Assembly: GCF_009914755.1 (NCBI RefSeq)
Contig: NC_060935.1
Reading direction: 5' to 3' (one strand)
DNA: 64,000 nucleotides
Origin: the human T2T-CHM13v2.0 reference genome, Homo sapiens
In this document: piece after piece, positions 12,121 to 25,173 of the stretch
Numbering within the stretch: the first letter of the stretch is position 1
Layout: every line of letters begins with the position of its first letter
The notes under the pieces: model-generated
The model's database searches: none
Told to the model about the DNA's origin: nothing
Seen by the model: only the letters and a program-made list of their open reading frames with translations
Translations under genes and position numbers: made by a program

Positions 12121-14606
12121 GCAGAGTCATTCTCCAGGAAACCACACCAAACTGTGCTCAAACAGGCATAGGAGACAAGTATGTAGATATTTTCTTGAAA
12201 AGACATCTCCTCCCCATGAGGGCTTGATGTGGGGTCTCGAGCAAGGCCTGATGGATTTCTGAAGAGCAGATGGCAGAGGAGACTTGAACCCCAGCTCAGA
12301 GATTCCCTCTCTCAACCCTGGCTGCCTTGTAACTGAGATCTTGCTGAGGGCGAGACAGACTGGTGGGGGTTCAGTGGTGGCTGTGACCAATGGAGGCCCC
12401 ATGCTGGGGCCCTGGGTGTGGGGCCCAGATGGCAGAGGCTGAGCTGCTGCGGGAAGGTAGGAAACAGCCTGGCAGCTGGGCAGTGCGGCCACCTCCACTG
12501 CCCCTTTGCAGAATCCTCAGCTTTCCAAAGCCACCTGCAGGGTGGGGCGGCTTCATGAAGAATGGAGGGCTGTGTACAGAAGGAAGGACTGGTCACCACG
12601 GCAACCACCCTCTGATGTCCAAACTCCACTGTGAATCACCCTAGGCTTTTTGGGGGTGTTTTCTATTATTTAAACTGCCTTGGGGAATGTAAGAAGAGAT
12701 TTTATTTCCCAGGTTTTGAGTACACTATCTCTTAACTTTCCCTAAAAGTAAATGTAACCGTTTTAGTGTTTTTACTTTCCACTTTTCTCCTTTTTCTCCA
12801 TCTCTCTCCTCTTGAGATGTGAAGCTTCATTCCTAATACACAGCACTTTCTAACCCCAGCTGCAAACATTTTCTCACATACAAAATAAGGAAGCTCTAGG
12901 ATTCTTCCAGCAAGACAACTTCTGTCTCATTTTTTACATCAGGGTCTGGGAGATGATCAGTTGGAGTTTAGGTCACTATTGATACCTGGATTCTGGAAGC
13001 TCAGATGTAGCCTCTTTACTGCTCTTCAGAATGGCAGGCATAGAATCAGAGTGGGTGCACCGGAACTGTGTCCTGCTGCCTTTGAATATTGACATGGGGG
13101 TGGTCCCTGCCTACCCACATCCAACAGCAGCCTCTCCTGCCCTGCACATGGCAACACTGCTGCCCCAGACATTGATGGCCCCACTGGAACTCTGGAGGCC
13201 AGCTCTCCAGGCGATGGAAAGCAGTTGTTCGTTGAAGTAGCCAGGGCTGCTGTGAAGCAATCTGCAGAGCCCAGCGGAGGGCCAGGAGCACACCCAGCAG
13301 ATGACAGCTTTAAAGATGCTGGAAACACTTGGGTTCCTCTTACCCACCCCCAAATGTAATGCCAAATCAAAGCAGGATTTAACTATGAAACACAAAACTG
13401 CTGACACCAAAATAGCTTTCTTCTGGTTTTTCTAATTGCAAACTCTGGATCACCTCATTGAAGCTGATTTTTTCCCTTTCTTCCCTTTCCCACCACTGCT
13501 CTTTTCCATCCCCCCTTGGCTGCAGGAGCCTGAAGTACATCCTCACACTGCACACTGTGTAATCAGGCAGAGAGGGAGCTACTGGCTTCCAACTGCAGGT
13601 TTGATCTTCTCTACCTCTTGTTTTGGTCTCTCTAGTTTTTCTTTCATTTTCTTTTTTCTTGGGACCCCTTACTAATGGAAGGGAGTGGGGGCTGAGAGCC
13701 CGGGGGACAAGTAGGACCCCCTCTCTTCCATTCTCCTGAGCTCTAAGACTTGTACTTTCAGGGAAGTCATAATAATGACAATGATAGTGGTAGAATAGTG
13801 GTAATAATAATAATAAAGGATCTGAGAACTCACTTTTACTATAAGAAATGGGCTGGATTTTTAAGATGTTTCTGGGTTCCAATTCCATACTAATTAAAAC
13901 AAAGCAATTGCAGTCTGGATAGTAAACGTTTCAATGTCTGGAACTTGGCGGACCCACAGAAATGTTTGAAGGATGGGTAAAGGTGATTTACAGATGGGGA
14001 ATCCCAGCCTGCAAGAGGTTAAATAACCAGCCACAAATCACCTAGCTGGTGAGTAACAGGGTTGAATTCAGACTCAGGGGGCCTGACTCTGCAGCTGCCA
14101 TCTTTCCTCCTTAAATATCTTAGTTCGTAGGATAGGTTTAGCAATGATGTCTGCTGCATGACAATTTCATGGCTGTCGGTAATGGGTATCTCCAAAGAGC
14201 AGTTCACAGACAAACATAAAAGAAAGAAACTTAAAGAAAGGGCATAACAATGAAAGCAAAACCCTGAAACAGCAAAGATGTGAGTAGTCAAAGGAAAATC
14301 AGACGAAGAGAGAATTCGGTTATTACCCTTCACTTGGCAAACATTTCCACAGCCCTTACAGTGTGTCAGGCCTTATTCTAAGAGACCTGTGCCTATATAC
14401 CCTAGGAGGGCGAGCCTGTGCTTACCTCCATTTCGCAGATGCAGTAGCTGAGGCAGAAAGATGTCAAGTCATTTGCCCAAGGTCTCACTGATGGTTACTG
14501 GAAAGGGGGGAGTTTATGAACCATGTGATCCAGCCCACAACCAAAGCGTGTGCCCTTGACCAATGTCCTGCCATCCACGAGTAATAGTAAATTTAAAAAC
14601 ACTCTT

Positions 14607-14920
<314 letters not shown>

Positions 14921-15125
14921 TCAAGGTGAGTGTTTAAACTTGTAAACTTTTCAAAGCTATTAAGTAGAGGTGATGGATTCTCTTCATTCCCTTCTTTTTG
15001 TCTGACCTGGGGTTACAGATAAGAAAGGTAAGAGTGAATGTCTTCCAGATTATTGCTTCTCAGAGGGAGAGGGGCTTGAAGATCATCTAGACCCTAAACA
15101 GGTGAATGTCTCAGCTTTGGGGACT

Positions 15126-16270
15126 GTAACATGATGTTAAGAAGGACATTTCTTATTGTCTTGGAATGTGGCTGAGGTTCCAAAGCTGAAGCCAAGTGTC
15201 CACACATTCTAAAAATAGGGGCTAGGCCATTCTCATCAGACTGGCTAAGAGGTGACCAAGAGCAGCCCTGGGGCTCCTACCTCTAGAGTGAAGAAAGGAA
15301 ACCTGGGATGGTTAAAAAAGGTGATCCTCCTGGAGCCACTCGGGAGGCTGCCTTCACGAAGAGAGGTTGGCGTCCTATTCCCAACTGGTGGCTTAATTGT
15401 CCCTGTGGGAACTCAGAGTGCCCCTCCCCCACCTTGTGCTTTCTCTTGGGGGATGGAAGGACAAGTATCCTCAGGAGCTTGAGGGTTCACCCGATGCAGA
15501 GAGACACTGGCCGGAAGGAGATAGTAGATGCCCCTGACTACAGAGGAAGGAGGGCAGGTACCGTGAGAGAGCACAACCCCCCTCCTACCAATCGTATGGC
15601 AAATGGACAGCTAATGGGAGCCAGGCTAAGCCATCTCAAAAGGACCCCAGCTCAGAAGGCTGCCTGCCTGCCAGGGTGAGGGGGCTCCTGCAGCAGAATT
15701 CCACGGGAGTGGTGTGCTGCAGGGCAGCTCACAGGAGGTGTCTGAGAGGTCTCAATCGTGATACAGCGTAGAGGCCCCAGTGGACATCACCCAAGAAACC
15801 AAGCTGCACCATGAGCATTAGGTCATCTGCCCCACCAAGGGCACCATAGACCAGATGACAAGAACGTTAGTCTGGTAAGAATCTGCTTTTTCCTGATAGC
15901 CACTTCCCATGCCCTGCCCTCGGCTCTGGAGGGGCCCATTAACAGGAGAGCAAAAGAAGGGGAGATGGAGCAGGGAAAGCAAAATAGGGGGGCCAGCCTC
16001 CCCCGGCTTCTGCTGGCCTAGAGTCCTGCAGTTTGCGCCTCAGCCAGGGAGGGAGGACATATGTGGAGGTGGATGGGAAATTCAAGTTTTGATTTAGATT
16101 GCCCTGGACTTTTTATTGCCTGAAAATGAGATTGTTCTAATACCCGGAGGCAGCCAGAAAAACTCTGGGACCTGTTTGAGATATTGTCTAGAAACGAAAA
16201 AGGGAAATTTGACAAAACAATATCTAAAGGAGGAGAATAAAGCTATTTCTGAAGCTCATTTAATAAAATG
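15126..16270 (+). mobile_element. Ancient long LTR (LTR78-like)
   Basis: starts tgtaacatgatgttaagaaggacatttctt..gtggctgaggttccaaagctgaagcc; aataaa near the 3' end (~16236); family name from recall. Confidence 0.5.
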
Positions 16271-16359
16271 GCCATATGAAGAAAATCAGCTGAGAAACTC
16301 CACATTTCCTTCCAGAGCTCCCCAATGCCCCATCTTCTAAGGAATAAGAAGTTAAAGGG

Positions 16360-16575
16360 AATGCACGTTTATTAAGCACATACTGTGTACAGGACTCTGT
16401 TAGAACCCGAATACTTGAAACTTCACGAAATCTCCCCAATAATTCCATAAGTCTGGGATTGACAATTTCCATTTCGTAGATGAGGCAACTGAGGCCCACA
16501 GAGGTCAAGGGGCTTGCTTAAAGGCAGATCGATACAGGGTGGATTCTGGAGCAGAGATTGGAGCTCAATAGTCTG
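16360..16575 (-). mobile_element. MIR SINE
   Basis: tttattaagcacatactgtg..ccatttcgtagatgaggcaactgaggcccacagaggtcaag. Confidence 0.8.
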
Positions 16576-16725
16576 CAAGCAGCATTGCAAGCAGCATTGT
16601 ACAAGGAAAGGGACTGTGTACGTGCACTCACTGCCACCTCTTCAGATGCTCAATGAATGTTTGCTAATAGATGCCCACAATGCTGTGGCTTCCTACGTGG
16701 GCCCTGTGATATTGCCCACTCCCCT

Positions 16726-17217
16726 TGAGGTAGGAGGCAGGACTCAACTCCTGAGATGGGGCTCGGACACTGGACCAAATTGAGGACTAGCTAAAACAGA
16801 GATGGGGTGGAAGCAGCTTTCCATAAAACACGCCCACCAGTGTGCCATGTCAGTTTACCATTGCTATGGCAACACTCAAGAGTTACTGCCCCTTTCCATG
16901 GCAATGTCCCAACAACCCAAAAGTTACCACCCCTTCCCTAGAAATTTCTGCATAAACCACCCCGTAATCTACATATAATGAGAAGTAGGTATAAAGATGA
17001 CTGCAAAACTGCTCTGATGGGCTACTCTCAGCACACTGCCTATGCAGTAGCCCTGCTCTGCAGGAGCTGGCGCTGACTGCTGGAGCTGTGGCACTGCCAC
17101 TTCAAATGAGCTGTCTTCTTCTACCCCAGCACTGGCTCGCCCTTGCATGCTGTCCTGGGGGAAGCCAAGAACCCTTGCAAGCTAAGCCCCACTTTGGGGT
17201 TTGCCTGCCCTGCAGCA
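16726..17217 (+). mobile_element. ERV1 solo LTR, MER66/MER41 group
   Basis: TG...CA ends (tgaggtaggaggcaggactc / ttgcctgccctgcagca); TSD ccct/ccat; TATA-like tataaa near 16990. Confidence 0.85.
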
Positions 17218-17887
17218 CCATCACTTTCTTTACTACAATTTATGCAAGAACATGTGCAGGTTGGCAGGCTCACTTGTCATTGAGATCAAGTTCCATGTCT
17301 ACGCAAACAAGACCATAAGTACAGAGGGGTCAGGACCACGTATTTTCTTCTTAAAGTCCCCCCAGTCATCTCTGTGAGGAGGGGATCTGCAGATCAGGCT
17401 GAGCCTCAGAGAGGTCAAGGGACATCCCCTGGGTTCCACGGCAAGTCCTCATTGCTGAGTTGTGGACCCAGACGGCTGCTCCCCAGCCTGAGCCTGCCAG
17501 TGTGCCTGTCCCTGATCCACTTGCACCCCTCCCTCCTGGCCTCACAGCCCACCAGGTGTGTGCCCTGTCAGCTCCCTCCCTGTTATGTTGCAGAACATTG
17601 GAACTGGCAAAGCTGATGGAGGTTATACACCGCGTGGTTCAGAATAGTAGCTTAAGCAGATGTCTTGTCAAAACAGAATAAGAAACTGTGAAGAAATAGT
17701 CTGTGAAACCCAGCCACGTCCTGCTTCCTCTCATTTCTACAGTAAAATAGTGGTGGGGGAAAAAAATGGTTAGTTCTTTCAGAATAGTGCATTTCACGTG
17801 TGGAGCATACCAACTTCCAGAATGGTTATCCTGGATGGGATTTATTTGCCTTCCTTTTCCTAGCCTTTCTTTCCTCTTTACTCTGCT

Positions 17888-17962
17888 CCTTCCCCTCCTT
17901 CTCCTCTCCTCTCCTCTTCTCTCTCTCTCTCTCTCTCTCTCTTTCTCCACATCTCCTCTCCT
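17888..17962. repeat. CT-rich / (CT)n simple repeat
   Basis: ctcctctcctctcctcttctctctctctct.. Confidence 0.9.
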
Positions 17963-20738
17963 TTCAAGAGGACATTAGCTCCCTGACTGCAACCCTGGGG
18001 TCTTGGGGCTTCTGAGGCCTGCAGGCTCCCTTCCCTTTGTCTGAGGAGGACGGGGGAGGCAGTGAATTATTGATGAGGCCTGTGCTCTATGGATGCCCAG
18101 GGCTGAGACTGGGGTGGCCTGGGCCCCTGGAGAAGGCAGCAAGACTGGTCAGTTTGGGAGACAGGACAGAGCCTCTTGGGGTGTAGGTGGCAGGGAGGGG
18201 CGGGGGAAAGGGCTCATTGCCTTTTGGCTTTCATTTGCCTCTTTGCGGTGCCTGGGGCTGGGAAGAGCAAGAGCTGGAGTCACTGGGAATCCGTGGACAG
18301 ATGGAGACACCAGAGGGGAGGCGTGTGAGGCGTCTGCAGGGAATTCACAGTTTACAGTCATTGAGTGTTCAGCCTCCCCACTCTGCCTCTCTACACTTCT
18401 CTGAATCAATTCCCAGAAACCCAGGGGCTGTTCCATCGGGGCTCAGGGGCATGGAGCCCAGGGCCTGTCCTGCTGGGCCCTGTGGCCACGGGCACAGGAG
18501 CCACCCTCTCCCCTCCTCCTCACTTTTCTCCCATCCCACCCAGACCGAGCAGAAGCTCCCCAGCCTGAATCCCATTTGGGTCAAAGAACACAAGAAAAAC
18601 TCCATTTGTCACAAGGCCATGGAACAACATTAAGCGGAACCACTCTGTGACATGAAGGACGGTAGGACCATAAATTATTCAGCCTCACAGACATTATAGG
18701 CATTTTGGAGAGAAAGTGAAAAAAAGATTATTTCAGCGCTGTAGTGTAAAAGAGCTGAACAGCATTCATTGGCCAGCGTGCTGTGAGGATTTTCTGCCTT
18801 AAAGTAGCTCTCTCCGAGGGGCTGTTTCCTGGGCAGCAGTTCCACCCACCAAGGAATTTGCTTACTTCTTTAGCGTTAACATTGCATTGTGAGAGAGTGT
18901 GTGTGAGTGTGTGTGGGGGGGAAGGGGGGGAGCTGGATGGGAGTGCTGAGACCATCCTTCTCAAGGCAGGGAAAGGAACGCGTAAGCTGAAATTCTTTTT
19001 CTTGTCCTCTGCAATTGCGGAGTGAAAAGGAAGGCAGGTTTTGCAGCCTTGCCTCCAGTCTCAGCATGGCTGTGTAACATGCTCTCCATGGATACATTTG
19101 TGCAGGAAAATGTCCCTTGGTGAGGAGAGGCATTCCTGTTCCCTTGCAAGAGCCGGGCTCAGAAGGACTCTTGGGAGGGCAGCATTCTTTCAATGCATAG
19201 CCCCATCTCCAGCCCAGATGGACCTTCAAGCCAGAACCTTTGTCTAGAAAGCCCCAAAATTCCTGGAAATCTAGAGACAGAGATACAGGAGGTCAACAGC
19301 CCCACCCCTAATCTTGGGCTTCTCACTTGTTAATTTCATCGTCTTGAGCAGGGCTCTCTGAAGTCAGGGGAAATGTGCGGATTCTGTTCCTGGGGTTCTT
19401 CCCAGCTCATTTTGGAAGGAGTAAGAGAGATATGGGGGCCTACCCCTGCTTTAGTTCATCCTCCCTCTTGGGGATACCCACCCAGGCCTCAGAGCCTTCA
19501 TCTGAGCACCAATATACAGTAATGCAGACCACACACACACACCTCTCTCCCCTCCCCATCACCCCAGGATGAGCCAGGGAAGGCACTGACCAGCTGATTT
19601 TCAATGCCTAGGAAATGGGAGCTTGGGCTGCGGGTGGCCTCAGGCTGGTTTGCATCTTCACCTCTGGGAAGGATTGTTTGTAACAAACTGATGTATTTAA
19701 CAGAAGAGCACATGCAAATATGCCTTGGCATTGCCGAGATTGAATCCAGCCTTTGCTGCTGCAGAGCAGGTCTGGCCATTCCCTTTCTGGGGAGACACAC
19801 CACAGCTGCCAGGGCTCCAGGGACCCAGACTGAGGAGAGGTACAGAGGCAGCACCAGCCTCTCTGTGCCAGCCGGGTAGTCATCAGATGGTGGAGGCCCA
19901 GAATGGGTGGCAAACCCCTCGTGGGCTTTTAGCAGAATTGTGCTGCCCTCTGCTGGCGAGTTTGGGTGGACTCAAAGGGCTTCACGCCCAGTAGAAAAAG
20001 AGGCTGCTTTCTGTTCCCCTAGCAATCAGAGAAGGGGACAGAGCATTTCATACTGAAAAGTTGTGGGAGCTCTCTCTCCTTTTTTGTTTTTGAAATTCTG
20101 CGCTCTAAGCCAGGAGGCAACACAAAATAAAGGTGGCCAGAGGGAACTAATGCTGGGTTAGAGTCTTCTAAGGGCCTGAAATCGTGCTATGACATCTACG
20201 TGCAGGCATTTACTTTATTCAGAAAGCAACTCTGATAATTAGAATTTAGAATTTTAATTTGAGAAATGAGGAGAGTGTGGCTCAGAGAGGTAAATCAACT
20301 GTGCTAAGGCCACACAGCTAGCCAATAGCAGAGCCAGGATTGAGTTTGGGCTGTCTGATGCCAATGCCCACACTAGGCCAACCTTACAGTTTGTGATTTG
20401 TCTCTGGATGTTAGAGAGCAGGAAGTGTCTAACCCTCTGGGGGAGACACCAGGCTCCATTGCCCAGCTCCTCCCCACTCATGGGGTAGGCTTTTGTTAGA
20501 AAATGCGTTGCCCTGAACCCAAAGCTAGTAGAGGCGCCTCAAGGAATGGAAACACTGCTGGTCTGGCTTTGTGTTCTAGCTCTGCTGTTTGTGGGCTTTG
20601 TGACTTTCAGGCCACTTGTCCTCCAGGGTTCTGTTTCTCGTCTATAAAATGAGGGAGTAGGTAAGGATGAATTAGATGGTTGTTTATGGTGGTGGTGTTT
20701 TTGCCAGCAAGGACATTTCTTAAAAATGGTTTTCTATC

Positions 20739-20992
<254 letters not shown>

Positions 20993-21118
20993 TTAAAAAT
21001 GGGGTTTCTATCTCATACATACCATGTTTTGCAAAAAAAAAAAAAAATCTTATCTACCCATGTATGTATGTTGTAATAATTTATTCCTTTTCAGTTTTGA
21101 GTAAACAAGATATGTGAC

Positions 21119-21504
21119 TATCTTAGATTGGGTTCCCCGATAAACAGATTCTGAGACAGGGATCAATGTACAGGAAATTGGGGCATGTCCTGGTAATGCC
21201 ATCAATGAGGTGGGGAAGCAGAAGCTGGCAGAGGGAGAGGTGGAACCATGAAACATGCACGACAAAGGCCTCAGCTGGTCCCCAGGTAGGTCTGGGGCTG
21301 GGAAGAGCTGCAGAGTGATCCCCACTGGGGAAAGCAGGCCAGGTCTGTGCACTCCCACATGAATCAGGCAAGGTCTATCACCTTGGGCAAGGCAGCTCTT
21401 TCATCCAGTGCAATTCCTGGGGACGAACTAGCCATAAACCAACAGCAGCCAACACTCCCAGACCTGGGGGGGGCTCTGGGCAGCTCACCACAGCATCCAC
21501 TCCA
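21119..21504 (-). mobile_element. ERVL solo LTR (LTR33-like)
   Basis: tcttagattgggttcccc..ctgagacaggg..aaggcctcagctg..cacagcatccactcca. Confidence 0.6.
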
Positions 21505-21858
21505 ATCACTGTGTACTCATAAGAAACAACAAGCAGCAGTGAACTCCAACCCGTATGAGTTTTACATGGGGAGGCCTTATTGAAGGTCAATGTTCAAGTT
21601 TTATTAGCTGTTTTGGAAGTAAACATTGCTCACATTTTTGCCTTCCCAGATTTTTGCCTTCCCAGGTACTAAAGGTTCGGGGACTCTAGGTTGAAAATGT
21701 GACTCCTTCTTTCTAGCATTCTCTGAGGGTGTGGGGTTTGTATGTCCTGAAGACCCCAAGAAGATGCCACCACCAAGGAACAATAGTGAATTTCTCAGCA
21801 ATAGTGAATTCCTCTGCTCCCATGGTGCCTGGAAGAAGATGTACCTTCCTCGAGCCCA

Positions 21859-21888
21859 CCCAGCCCCAGCCCCAGCCCCAGCCCCAGC
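21859..21888. repeat. (CCCAGC)5 tandem repeat
   Basis: five direct hexamer copies; G-runs on the minus strand. Confidence 0.9.
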
Positions 21889-22139
21889 CTGAGTGCACAG
21901 CTTGGTAGCAGAGCCTGACTAGAGTTCAGCCTGTGCTTATCACCTGGCTGGACACCCTTGAGTGGGTCACAGCCTGTGCACCTGTCCCTACAGACCCTGC
22001 CCTCCCATTTATCTTTCTCCTCCTCAGCCTCCCTTCCCTCCTCCTTTCAAAGCCTTCACTCTTCTTCAATCCTCCATGTGCTGATTCCATGTGCTTGCAG
22101 CTCCCCGGGGACCAGGAAGGGTGTCAGCGACTTGAAAAT

Positions 22140-23095
22140 GTTCACTCTACCACTGCTGGGAATCTTGCCTAAGGAAATAATCTAAAATACAGGAGATCCT
22201 TTATGAGAGAAGACACTCATCCTAATGTCATTTGTAAAAGTGACAGGTTCAAGCCATTGTAAATGGTAAACCACAGGGGAATGTGAATTATGGTGCATCA
22301 ACAAAGTGGAATATCATGCCACCATTAAAAATTATGTGTGTAAGAAGCAATGTGAAAACATGTTTATGGTTAGCAACACAGGCTACAAAATTATACTATG
22401 CAACCTGACTGCAACAATATGAACGAAGTAAACAGTTAAAGAGTGGCAGGAAAATCTGAACTGCTCATGGGCTTGGCTGGAGGAACCACAGCAGGGATCT
22501 CTTAACCCTTTTTGTGCCACAGACACCTTTGGCAGCTTGATGAGCCTATGGGCTTACCAGCATGTTTTTAAATGCCTGAAATATAAACCATAGAATTTCA
22601 AAGAAAACCAATAATATTGAAATACAGATATCAAAATGTTAAAATAATTTTTCAATATATGTGCTTCTTTTTAATACCTTAAGTAACACGATCTAGCAGA
22701 AGATCAAATAATTACTATACCTATAAGGTAGTGATGAATTCAAGTAATATTTTAAATTACATGCAATAGCTAAAATGTGGTATAAAAATGTCTAAGTTTC
22801 TGTCAGTGACAAAGTTGTCTATATAGCTAAAACTACTGTTATTTGAAGCCAAAATTCATAATAAATGACCATGCTGTATTTTGGTTAGATCATGAAATAA
22901 AAACGTCATTTTTCCTATCCAAGTTCATGTACTCTCTGAAATTCTTACTAGTCTTCTAGGGGATTTATGGACCTTGATTTTAAAAATCTCTGTATCAGAG
23001 TTTTTTACTTCTTTCTCTTTATTCTCTCTAATTCCAAAATTTTACATAATAGACATGCATTGCTTCTATCATGTAAAATAACCAAGGAATTTTAA
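22140..23095 (+). mobile_element. Old L1ME 3' fragment interrupted by MER119
   Basis: ctgggaatcttgcctaaggaaataatc..attatggtgcatc..tggaatatcatgccaccattaaaa; resumes after 22992. Confidence 0.6.
22492..22992 (+). mobile_element. MER119 hAT-Charlie DNA transposon
   Basis: cagggatctcttaaccctttttgtgcc..ccataatattgaaatacag-like interior..catccaagttca-like 3' part. Confidence 0.85.
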
Positions 23096-23159
23096 AATTA
23101 AATAAGCAAATGAACAAAGAAAATATAATTCAGGCTTATTAGATCACTGGATGATAAGG

Positions 23160-23355
23160 CAGTAAGTGCTCTCAGATGCCATATCATTTAACCCGCAGGT
23201 TAAATTCCACAAGAGACATGGTATTAATGTAGCCGTTTGGCAAGTGAAGACATTGATGCCAACGGAGGTTAAGAGACTTGTCCAAGGTCACACAGTCAGC
23301 AAATGATGGAACCAGAGTTTGAACCGAGGTGTATCATTCAAACCCAGACTCTTAC
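23160..23355 (-). mobile_element. MIR SINE
   Basis: gaggttaagagacttgtccaaggtcacacagtcagcaaatgatggaaccagagtttgaacc. Confidence 0.8.
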
Positions 23356-24046
23356 CTGTTAGATCCACTGAGCCTGGCAATCTACGGCTTACGATGAGTA
23401 AACTGAATGTTTTGTTTGTAGAATTGATTTATTTTAGCCACTGTGAAGTAATCTCTTCACATGAATGTTTCTCCTGCTGAAGTACATCTGCCCTTGATTA
23501 AATGTTGTCTATGCAATTCATGGACAATCGATGGTACTCTAGGCTCTGAATGAGAAAACTGGAACTTCTGGTTGCCACAAGTCTGCTGATGGCTTAGGCA
23601 GGGACATTCTGTCTCCCAGGGGCCCTATCAGTGCTCATGTGGTCACGTAGACACACTTCAACTTGAGCTTCAGGTGGGATGCTTCCCTATAAGCAGTGAA
23701 CGCGAAAAGCCTTGGCTAAAATGGGATCCACACCGAACACAGAACAGAACTGGGGCTGCACTTCCAGGTGAGAAGCATAGGGTGGGATCAAGAGGTGGCT
23801 GAAGGGATGGCAGATTCTCAAGCTGCATTCCTGCAGTCAGGATGTGTCCAAACGGAAGGCTTGGACAGTCAGTGGCCACGTGGGGGCAGCATCGAGCCAG
23901 AATGACAGAGGGCACTTCGTCTGGTGAATATCATGTGAGTCCATGTGGAGCCTCCTCTTTGGAAGATGGGGTGCTCTTGTGGGATGAACGTTGGGGAGGG
24001 ACAATCTCTTTAATAACTCTGAGAGGTACTGCTCTTTTTATGAAGG

Positions 24047-24203
24047 GGCAGTATAACGTGGTGCTTATAAACGTGGGCTCTGGATAGTTAGCCTATTTGT
24101 ATTTAAAACCTGCTGTTATTTATTAGATAACTTACTTAAGTTTTCTGTGCCTCAGTTTCTCCATGGGGTTGATATGAGGACTAAATGAATACACATTAGG
24201 CAC
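24047..24203 (+). mobile_element. MIR host element (tail resumes at 25174-25215)
   Basis: ggcagtataacgtggtg..tctgtgcctcagtttc..; tail tagtgcctggcacacag after the MLT1. Confidence 0.7.
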
Positions 24204-25173
24204 TTTTTCAGTTATCTATTGCTGCGAAACAAACCAAGCCGAAACAACTACGTATTTGCTCACGATTCTGCAATTAGGGCAGGGCTCAGTGGGACAGCAA
24301 CTCGCTTCCTCATGTGATGTTGGCTGGGCACTTCCAGTAGGGCTGGATGAGCCAAGAGGGCTTCCTCAAATGCATGGCACCTCAGCTAAAGGCTGGCAGG
24401 GCCTCTCTCTCCAGCACGAGAGTCAGAATGGTTTTACATGGCATTGTGCCAAACCCCTACTCACCTCAATAGGGAAGTCATCAGGTTCAAGAGGTTGAAA
24501 AAGAGACCCAGAGCCAACAAACAAGACATGGGTTTTGACTAGGGGCTTATGTACAGGGGAGAGAATCCAGTGGCAGCGGACTGGACAGTCAAACCACCTT
24601 CCTATGGCCCAATGGCAGCAGGCTAGGCAGAAAAGCCACAGCTGCTTGTGAACAGCATGCAATTTATAGAGCATTTTCACTTAACACCCTCCCTGAATGA
24701 CCTGAACCTGGCAACATTCACTTAACCCAAAACCTGGGGCTTCAATCCCCTGTACAGCCTGTGTTCCATGGGACAGGCTGGGGGCTCGGATGTTTTCTCA
24801 TAGACAAGGAATGAATGTCTGTGTTGGCCATCCCTGGATTCCCTGTCTCGGAACACACATTCAAGTCCCACACAGGTGCCATACAGGGCCATTCTCAGGG
24901 TATGTTTATGTTATTGCTGTCAAGTGTGTTTGCCCTATACATGGTGGCGCAGGACTCCAAGAGAACTAAAGGCCGTTCCCAGCCTCTTACCGCCTTGCCT
25001 GGGAGCTGGCACAGCAGTCACTTCTACCATATTCCATAAGTCAAAGCAAGTTACAAAGCCAGCCCAGATTTAAGGAAAAGAGACACAGGCCTCTCCTCTT
25101 GATGAGATGAGTGACTTGCACATGCAAGAATGGGAGGAATTATTAGTGGCCATCTTGCAAACCACCTACCACA
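24204..25173 (-). mobile_element. MLT1 (MLT1H/G-like) MaLR LTR, split by LTR47
   Basis: cagttatctattgctg..tttgctcacgattctg..aagccagcccagatt..ggccatctt..ctaccaca; TSD ggcac/ggtac. Confidence 0.8.
24444..24941 (-). mobile_element. LTR47A-like ERVL solo LTR
   Basis: ttgtgccaaacccc..gcattttcacttaacaccctccc..catacagggccattctcagggtatg..tataca. Confidence 0.85.
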
